Position numbers and translations under genes: made by a program. 64,000 nucleotides of DNA from an uncultured Actinomycetes bacterium (GTDB lineage Bacteria; Actinomycetota; Thermoleophilia; Gaiellales; Gaiellaceae), in the NCBI GenBank assembly GCA_963825255.1, contig CAWGSF010000007.1, positions 2,888-66,887 of the forward strand. Direction: 5' to 3'. The notes beneath the pieces are model-generated. The model was given only the letters and a program-made list of their open reading frames with translations. It made no database searches and had not been told where the DNA came from. Below, one piece after another: positions 58,180-64,000 of this stretch. Position 1 is the first letter of the stretch, and each line of letters begins with the position of its first letter.

Positions 58180-58728
58180 CTAGGAGCGTAGTGCGCCGGC
58201 CAGATAGCGGCGAACTGACTCCGGGAGCAGCCGGTGCTCGACGGCGTGGAGGCGCTCGCGGAGGCGCTCCGGCGTGTCGCCGGGCTCGATCGACACCGTC
58301 TCCTGCGCGATCACCGGCCCCGAGTCGACGCCTTCGTCCACGAAGTGGACCGTCACCCCCGTCTCGGCCACCCCGGCCGCGAGGGCGTCCTCGATCGGCG
58401 TCGTCCCGGGGAAGGCGGGGAGGAGCGAGGGATGGACGTTGATCGCCGTGTACCGCTCGAGGAACGTCGGCGTCAGCAGCTGCATGTAGCCCGCGCACAC
58501 GACGACCTCGACGCCGTGCCCGGCGAGCCAGTCCGCCATGGCCAGGTCGCGCTGCTCCCTGGACGCGTGCTCCGCGAGCGGGAAGACCCCCGTCGGGATG
58601 CCGGCCCTCGCGGCCCGCTCCAACGCGCCGGCTCCACCGACGTTCGAGGCGACGGCCGCGATCGGGAGGCCGGCGTCGATGAGCGCCTGCAGGTTCGAGC
58701 CGCGCCCCGAGACGAGGACGCCGATCAC
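58180..58728 (-). CDS. purN: Phosphoribosylglycinamide formyltransferase
   Basis: GTG 58728 overlaps the purM stop. Motifs: VLVSGRGSNLQAL, NVHPSLLP. Confidence 0.9.
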   Translation of the reverse strand: MIGVLVSGRGSNLQALIDAGLPIAAVASNVGGAGALERAARAGIPTGVFPLAEHASREQRDLAMADWLAGHGVEVVVCAGYMQLLTPTFLERYTAINVHPSLLPAFPGTTPIEDALAAGVAETGVTVHFVDEGVDSGPVIAQETVSIEPGDTPERLRERLHAVEHRLLPESVRRYLAGALRS

Positions 58729-59678
58729 CGCTCGTCGGCCCAGACGACCCCTGAGACGCCCTCCTCGAGCCGGCCGACGACCGGGAACCCGGCCCGCGTG
58801 GCGTCGCCCACGGGCACGACCGCGCAGTAGCCGACGCCGAGGTTGAAGACGCGTCGCTGCTCGTCCTCGGGGACGCCCTGCTCGTCGAGCCACGCGTAGA
58901 CGGGCGGGCGCTCCCAGCTCCCGGGATCGATCCTGGCGCCGAGGCCGTCGGGCAGGACGCGGGCGAGGTTGCCGGCGATGCCGCCGCCCGTCACGTGAGC
59001 GAGCGCACGCACGTCGCAGCGGGCGCGCAGGCCGCGCACGTCATCCAGATAGAGCCGTGTGGGCGGGAGCAGGAGGTCGGGGTCGAACTGCGCGTCGCCG
59101 AGAAGGCCGCGGACGAGCGTGAAGCCGTTCGCGTGCAGGCCCGCGGAGGGGAGGCCGAGCACCGCGTCGCCCGGCCGGCAGCGCGAGCCGTCGACGACCT
59201 CGTCCCGCCGCACGAGCCCGACCATCGTGCCCGCGAAGTCCAGCTCGCCCTCCCGGTAGATGCCGGGCAGCTCCGCGGTCTCGCCGCCGAGGATGGCGCA
59301 GCCGGCGGCACGGCACGCCGAGGCGGCGCCGGCGACGAGATCGGCGATCTCGTCGAGGTCGAGGGAGCCGGCGGCCGCGTAGTCGAGGAAGAAGAGTGGC
59401 TCGGCGCCGGTCGTGAGGAGGTCGTTGGCGCAGTGCGCGACGAGGTCGATCCCGGCATCGAAGAGCCGGCCGGCCCGGCGGGAGAGGATCAGCTTCGTGC
59501 CGACGCCGTCCGTCGTCGCGGCGAGGAGCCGGTCCTCGTCGAGCGCGAAGAGGCCGGCGAACCCTCCGAGCCCTCCGACCACGCGCTCGCCGCGGGTCGA
59601 CTCGACGGCGGCGCGCAACCGCTCGACGACGTCCTCCGCCTTGCGCAGCGACACCCCCGCGTCGCCGTACCGCGTCAG
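58725..59678 (-). CDS. purM: Phosphoribosylformylglycinamidine cyclo-ligase (start unresolved)
   Basis: Motifs: YGDAGVS, GGLGGFAGLF, TDGVGTKL, GGETAE. There is no ATG/GTG/TTG in frame near the N-terminus, and GTG 59686 is one nt out of frame. Confidence 0.85.
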   Translation of the reverse strand: MTRYGDAGVSLRKAEDVVERLRAAVESTRGERVVGGLGGFAGLFALDEDRLLAATTDGVGTKLILSRRAGRLFDAGIDLVAHCANDLLTTGAEPLFFLDYAAAGSLDLDEIADLVAGAASACRAAGCAILGGETAELPGIYREGELDFAGTMVGLVRRDEVVDGSRCRPGDAVLGLPSAGLHANGFTLVRGLLGDAQFDPDLLLPPTRLYLDDVRGLRARCDVRALAHVTGGGIAGNLARVLPDGLGARIDPGSWERPPVYAWLDEQGVPEDEQRRVFNLGVGYCAVVPVGDATRAGFPVVGRLEEGVSGVVWADER

Positions 59679-60286
59679 AGCAGCACCTCGGCGACGAGCT
59701 CGGGCCTGCCCTCGGGGCCGCCGGGCTGGAAGCGCACGAGCGTGTCGCCGACGAGCACGTCGCACTCGACCCGGTCGAGCCCGAGGATCTCCGAGAGCGC
59801 GACGGCCTTCTCCTCCGGGTCCTGCGCCCGCATGTGCAGCTCGCCCAGGCGCAGCTCGTCGACCTTCGCCAGCTGCTCGTCGATCCAGTCGCGGGGCGGG
59901 TGCACCTCGAGCCGGTAGCCGGCGTCGGTGGCGATGAAGGTGCGCTTCCCCGGGTGGTCCTGGATCTTGAGGCCGAGGTCGGCCGCCCGCTCGAGCGCCT
60001 CCGTGAAGGCGTCGTCGTCGAGCGCGATGCCGATGTGGTCGACCCGGGGGTGCTCCCAGTGGCCCGGCTGGAGGACGACGTTCACGGCTCCGTGGGTCAG
60101 CTCGACGAGGCGCAGCCGGAAGCCCATCGCGTCGAGCTCCTCCCAGGACGTGCCCGCCTCGAACCACTCCGAGGTCTCGCCCTTCCAGCCGTAGCGGCCG
60201 ACGAGGGAGAAGCCGAGCTTGCCCAGGTAGCGGGCCTCGAGCAGCCGCACCCTGCTCGTCACGAGGTGGTAGTGGAAGAGCTGCAC
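59675..60286 (-). CDS. VOC/glyoxalase-like protein (start chosen at GTG 60286)
   Basis: In-frame part of ORF 59675..60397: VQLFHYHLVTSRVRLLEARYLGKLGF...HPRVDHIGIALDD. Confidence 0.5.
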   Translation of the reverse strand: MQLFHYHLVTSRVRLLEARYLGKLGFSLVGRYGWKGETSEWFEAGTSWEELDAMGFRLRLVELTHGAVNVVLQPGHWEHPRVDHIGIALDDDAFTEALERAADLGLKIQDHPGKRTFIATDAGYRLEVHPPRDWIDEQLAKVDELRLGELHMRAQDPEEKAVALSEILGLDRVECDVLVGDTLVRFQPGGPEGRPELVAEVLL

Positions 60287-60357
60287 CGAGCGCTGACCAT
60301 CGTAACCGGCGGCCCTGCCGTGATCTGATCTGGCGTACGATTGGCGCCGACCGATCG

Positions 60358-60627
60358 ATGAAGGAGGAGTCGATGTCGAGCACGCCGCCGCCCCCACCGC
60401 CCCCGGCGCACGGCTACGACCGCCCGTACTACCCGATGCCTCCGGCCCGGCCCCCGGCGGCCGAGCTCGTCGTCTTCCTGATCGCCTGGGTGGTGGCGCT
60501 GATCGTGACGGTCGCGGCCGACACCGTCGACTGGCCGCAATTCCTCACGGCGACGGTCGTCCTCTCCGCCGCGTACATCATCTCCCGGGGCATCGCCAAG
60601 GCCGGGAAGGTCTACGAGGGCCGCTAG
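60358..60627 (+). CDS. Small Pro-rich membrane protein (hypothetical)
   Basis: AGGAGG lies in the start region. Pro-rich N-terminus, then two hydrophobic segments (LVVFLIAWVVALIVTVAA; ATVVLSAAYIISRGIA). Confidence 0.45.
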   Translation: MKEESMSSTPPPPPPPAHGYDRPYYPMPPARPPAAELVVFLIAWVVALIVTVAADTVDWPQFLTATVVLSAAYIISRGIAKAGKVYEGR

Positions 60628-60665
60628 GACGGCGGGCGCACGCGGCCAGGACGGAAGGAGCACTC

Positions 60666-62027
60666 TTGACGGCTGAGATCGCCACGGATCACCTCTGGCG
60701 GCACTTCACCCCCGCCGGCGCGGGCAGGATCGTCATCGAGCGCGCCGAGGGCTGTCACATCTGGGACACCGAGGGCAACCGGTACCTCGACGCCCTCTCC
60801 GCCCTCTACTGCGTCAACATCGGCTACGGGCCCTGGCCCGAGATCGCCGAGGCCGCCAAGCGCCAGATCGAGCAGCTGCCCTTCTTCACGAACTGGGTCG
60901 GGTTCGCCACGCCGCCCGCGCTCGAGCTCGCCGACAAGGTCACCGAGCTCGTGCCGATCGACGTCGGTCGTATCTTCTTCGTCGGCGGCGGGTCGGAGGC
61001 GATCGAGACGGCGCTCAAGATCGCGCGGCAATACCACCGTCTCCGCGGCCAGCCGACGCGCTACAAGTTCGTGTCGCGCCGCAGCGCCTACCACGGGACC
61101 ACGCTCGGCGCCCTGTCGATCAACGGCAGCCCGGCGCTGCGACAGCACTTCGAGCCCCTGGTGCCCGGGTGCCTGCGGGCGCCGATGCCGTACCGCTACC
61201 GCTGCCCGTACTGCTCGGAGGAGCCCGCCTGCACGCTCCGCTGCGCGGACGAGATCGACGACATCGTCGTGAACGAGGGCCCCGAGACGGTCGCGGCCGT
61301 CATCCTCGAGCCGGTGCAGAACTCGGCGGGCTCGATCACGCCGCCGCCCGGCTACTTCGAGCGCGTGCGCGAGATCTGCGACGAGCACGGCCTCCTCCTC
61401 GTCGCCGACGAGGTCATCTGCGGCTTCGGCCGCGTCGGGGACTGGTTCGGGTCGACGCGCTACGGGATCGAGCCGGACATGATGACCCTCGCCAAGGGGA
61501 TCACCTCCGCCTACGCGCCGCTGGGAGCGGTCGTCGCCCGTCCGAACGTCGTCGAGCCCTTCTTCTCCGAGACGACGACAGCGTTCACGCACGGGATCAC
61601 ATTCGGCGGGCACCCCCTCTCGTGCGCGATCGCGCTCGCGAACCTGGAGATCTTCGAGCGGGAGGACCTGATCGGGCGCGTCCAGCGGTACATGGGCGAG
61701 TTCCGCGACCGGTGCGAGCAGCTCGTCGCCGACCACCCGATGGTGGGCGAGGTGCGCGGGGACGGCTACTTCTACTCGCTCGAGCTCGTGAAGGACAAGG
61801 AGACGAAGGAGACCTTCACGCCGCCCGAGCGCGACGAGCTGATCAAGAAGTTCCTGACGCCGCGGGCGCGCGAGCTCGGCGTCTACATGCGCTTCGACGA
61901 CCGCGGCGAGACGTGCGCGCAGTTCGCCCCGCCGCTCGTCGCCGGTCCGGACGAGTTCGAGGAGATGGTCGGCGTGCTCCGGCAGGTCCTGGACGAGGCC
62001 TGGGACCGGATCAACGTCAAGGTGTGA
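60666..62027 (+). CDS. Class-III (omega) aminotransferase family protein
   Basis: Intact 453-aa ORF. Motifs: GGGSEAIETALK, LLVADEVICGFGRVGDWFG, MTLAKGITSAY. Confidence 0.85.
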   Translation: MTAEIATDHLWRHFTPAGAGRIVIERAEGCHIWDTEGNRYLDALSALYCVNIGYGPWPEIAEAAKRQIEQLPFFTNWVGFATPPALELADKVTELVPIDVGRIFFVGGGSEAIETALKIARQYHRLRGQPTRYKFVSRRSAYHGTTLGALSINGSPALRQHFEPLVPGCLRAPMPYRYRCPYCSEEPACTLRCADEIDDIVVNEGPETVAAVILEPVQNSAGSITPPPGYFERVREICDEHGLLLVADEVICGFGRVGDWFGSTRYGIEPDMMTLAKGITSAYAPLGAVVARPNVVEPFFSETTTAFTHGITFGGHPLSCAIALANLEIFEREDLIGRVQRYMGEFRDRCEQLVADHPMVGEVRGDGYFYSLELVKDKETKETFTPPERDELIKKFLTPRARELGVYMRFDDRGETCAQFAPPLVAGPDEFEEMVGVLRQVLDEAWDRINVKV

Positions 62028-62210
62028 GAGGAGCAGCGATGGCGACGACGCGTCCGGCACCCGGACGGGCTGGGGCCGGATCGGCGGCCGCTACACGATG
62101 CTCGACATGACCGACCTGAGGACGGTCGTGCTGGACGTCGGCGGCCTCGACTAGCTCTCCGGCCTGCGGGTAGTGCCGCCCGCCGGCCGGCCCGCAGCTA
62201 CCCTCGGCGG

Positions 62211-63158
62211 GTGCGCCCGGCGCTGGCCATCCTCGTGCTCGTGCCCACGCTCGCCCTCGCCGGATGTGGCGGCGGAGACGACGAGGCGGCCCTGCTCGGA
62301 GCGGCGTCGACCTCGACGACGGGCGCCTCGCTCCCCGACTGGGTCGAGGCGCGGCTGATCGCGCGGGACGGCCCGGACGTCTCGCTCGTGATGGGGACGT
62401 CCGACTACGGCGTGGGCGCCAACCGGATCACCTTCCTGGTCGTGCGGGGCGACAACTCGATCGTCCACGACTCGCAGGCGGAGGTGTACCTCCGGCGCGA
62501 CGGGTCCGACGACGAGATCGAGACGAGCGCGGCCCTCGTGCCGATCATCCCGCACACGCACCCTCCCGGGGGGAGCCCGCCGCACGCCGACCCGACCGAC
62601 ATCTACGTCGCGAACGTCGATCTCCCGGAGGCCGGGCGCTACTGGCTCGTTGCCGAGCCCGGCGCGGACCCGATCCAGGGAGTGGGGACGATCGACGTGC
62701 GGGAGACCGCCATGACCCCCGCGGTGGGATCGAAGGCGATTCCGTCCGACAACCCGACGCTGGCGGACGCGCCTGCCGCCGAGATCACGACCGCGGATCC
62801 GCCCGACACCGGCCTCCTCCAGTACTCCGTCGCCGACTCGCTCGCGGAGGGCGTCCCCTTCGTCCTCGCCTTCGCCACCCCGAAGTACTGCACGAGCCGG
62901 ACGTGCGGGCCGACGGTGCAGACCGTCGAGCGGGTGGCGAGCAGGTTCGCGTCGTCGCCCATGCGCTTCATCCACGTCGAGATCTACAAGGACAACGACC
63001 CGAAGAAGGGCGTGAACCAGTGGGTGAAGGAATGGAACCTGCCGACCGAGCCGTGGGTCTTCGTGGTCGACGGCGACGGCGTCGTCCGCTCGAAGTTCGA
63101 GGGATCGGTCTCGGTCGCCGAGCTGAGCAGCGCGGTCGAGAAGGACCTGGCCCGCTAA
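62211..63158 (+). CDS. Lipoprotein with a C-terminal thioredoxin-like fold
   Basis: Lipobox LALAGC. C-terminal region VLAFATPKYCTSRTCGP...PWVFVVDGDGVV. Confidence 0.55.
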   Translation: MRPALAILVLVPTLALAGCGGGDDEAALLGAASTSTTGASLPDWVEARLIARDGPDVSLVMGTSDYGVGANRITFLVVRGDNSIVHDSQAEVYLRRDGSDDEIETSAALVPIIPHTHPPGGSPPHADPTDIYVANVDLPEAGRYWLVAEPGADPIQGVGTIDVRETAMTPAVGSKAIPSDNPTLADAPAAEITTADPPDTGLLQYSVADSLAEGVPFVLAFATPKYCTSRTCGPTVQTVERVASRFASSPMRFIHVEIYKDNDPKKGVNQWVKEWNLPTEPWVFVVDGDGVVRSKFEGSVSVAELSSAVEKDLAR

Positions 63159-63184
63159 GAACTCGAATCGAAAAATCGAGTTCT
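63158..63184. terminator. AT-rich hairpin between convergent genes (bidirectional terminator candidate)
   Basis: AGAACTCGA-ATCGAAAAA-TCGAGTTCT spans both stop codons. Confidence 0.5.
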
Positions 63185-64000
63185 AGGCCGTCGACCGCTC
63201 GAACCTGAGCTTCGCGAGGCGCAGGTCCTCGGGGATCCGGGTCGGGTAGCTCCGCGTCAGGCACGCACGGCAGAACGAGTCGGCCGGGCGCCTCGTCGCC
63301 TCCTGGAGCCCCTCGAGGGAGAGGTAGGCGAGCGAGGTGGCGCCGATCTGCTCCCGGACCTCCTCGACCGAGCGGTCGGCCGCGATCAGCTCCTCCTCGC
63401 CGGCCATGTCGATCCCGTAGAAGCACGGCGAGACGATCGGCGGCGAGGAGACGCGCACGTGCACCTCGAGCGCGCCCGCCTCGAACAGCATGGCCACGAT
63501 CTGGCGGGTCGTCGACCCGCGCACGATGGAGTCGTCGACGACGACCACGCGCTTGCCCCGCACCTCGCCGAGAGGGTTGAACTTCATGCGGATCCCGTGC
63601 TCGCGGAGCGCCTGGTCGGGCTGGATGAACGTACGCCCGACGTAGCGGTTCTTGATCAGGCCCTCCTGGTACGGGATCCCGCTGCCGCGGGCGAAGCCGA
63701 CGGCGGCTGGCGTCCCCGAGTCGGGAACCGCCATGACGAGGTCGGCCTCGACGGGCGCCTCCTCCGCAAGCCGCTCGCCCATCCGCACCCGGGCGCCGTG
63801 GAGCTCGATGCCGCGCAGGCTCGAGTCCGGGCGGGCGAAGTAGATGAACTCGAAGATGCAGAGGGCGCCCCCGTCCCGCGGCTCCGCCGCCTGCTCCTCG
63901 CGCATGCCCTCGGCGTCGACGACGACGAGCTCGCCCGGCTGGAGCTCCCGGACGGTCTCGGCGCCGATGAGGTCGAACGCGCACGTCTCGGAGGCGAGCA
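63183..64000 (-). CDS. purF: Amidophosphoribosyltransferase (N-terminus beyond window end)
   Basis: Motifs: CIFEFIYFARPDS, VVVVDDSIVRGSTT, SPPIVSPCFYGID. The reading frame continues to position 64000. Confidence 0.9.
   Translation of the reverse strand, partial: LASETCAFDLIGAETVRELQPGELVVVDAEGMREEQAAEPRDGGALCIFEFIYFARPDSSLRGIELHGARVRMGERLAEEAPVEADLVMAVPDSGTPAAVGFARGSGIPYQEGLIKNRYVGRTFIQPDQALREHGIRMKFNPLGEVRGKRVVVVDDSIVRGSTTRQIVAMLFEAGALEVHVRVSSPPIVSPCFYGIDMAGEEELIAADRSVEEVREQIGATSLAYLSLEGLQEATRRPADSFCRACLTRSYPTRIPEDLRLAKLRFERSTA

Noticed and set aside
62040-62160. Small ORFs (MATTRPAPGRAGAGSAAATRCST; MLDMTDLRTVVLDVGGLD) between the aminotransferase and lipoprotein genes.
   Set aside because: They are very short, lack ribosome-binding sites and have a composition typical of non-coding GC-rich DNA.

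Overview
The window is very GC-rich: third codon positions are almost all G/C, GTG/TTG starts are common, and many genes share 4-nt start/stop overlaps. Gene content suggests an Actinomycetota-like chromosome (inference): F420-type enzymes, an MMPL transporter, maltokinase, a KaiC-like ATPase, a PRC-barrel protein and leaderless-type promoters. Gene order is as follows.
- ftsH, with its C-terminus off the window.
- A ~3 kb decayed integrative element bounded by a 48-nt tRNA-Asp repeat.
- Several small enzymes.
- A LuxR-type two-component pair divergent from an MMPL transporter.
- An ABC exporter and a secreted S33-type hydrolase.
- A MerR-receiver regulator plus a KaiC-like ATPase.
- A GcvT-like gene, a GT1 glycosyltransferase and a maltokinase.
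- tRNA-Val, tRNA-Glu and tRNA-Lys.
- A ~12 kb minus-strand block for tryptophan -> kynurenine -> anthranilate -> 2-aminobenzoyl-CoA catabolism, with paaI/paaX divergent from it.
- Two MarR-controlled modules.
- A MauE-thioredoxin / MauA-like / DsbD-like-propeller cluster followed by an S8 protease.
- Two MOSC genes, then pntA/pntB.
- A glycogen-debranching-like gene plus a GT4 glycosyltransferase.
- Cystathionine beta-synthase plus gamma-lyase.
- purH-purN-purM, then a partial purF.

The most unusual signals are these.
1. An identical 21-bp perfect palindrome (CAAGTAACAG-W-CTGTTACTTG) occurs three times, once in frame inside a CDS.
2. An orphan MauA-like, Cys-rich Tat protein sits with a MauE-thioredoxin fusion and a membrane-propeller gene. 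That third gene carries an in-frame TGA where DsbD/CcdA-type proteins have a redox Cys.
3. A translationally coupled anthranilate-CoA pathway operon lacks a canonical formamidase.
4. Single-base frame disruptions are unevenly distributed, and most are net +1.

No CRISPR array and no rRNA were seen. All family calls rest on motif recognition by eye, not on searches.
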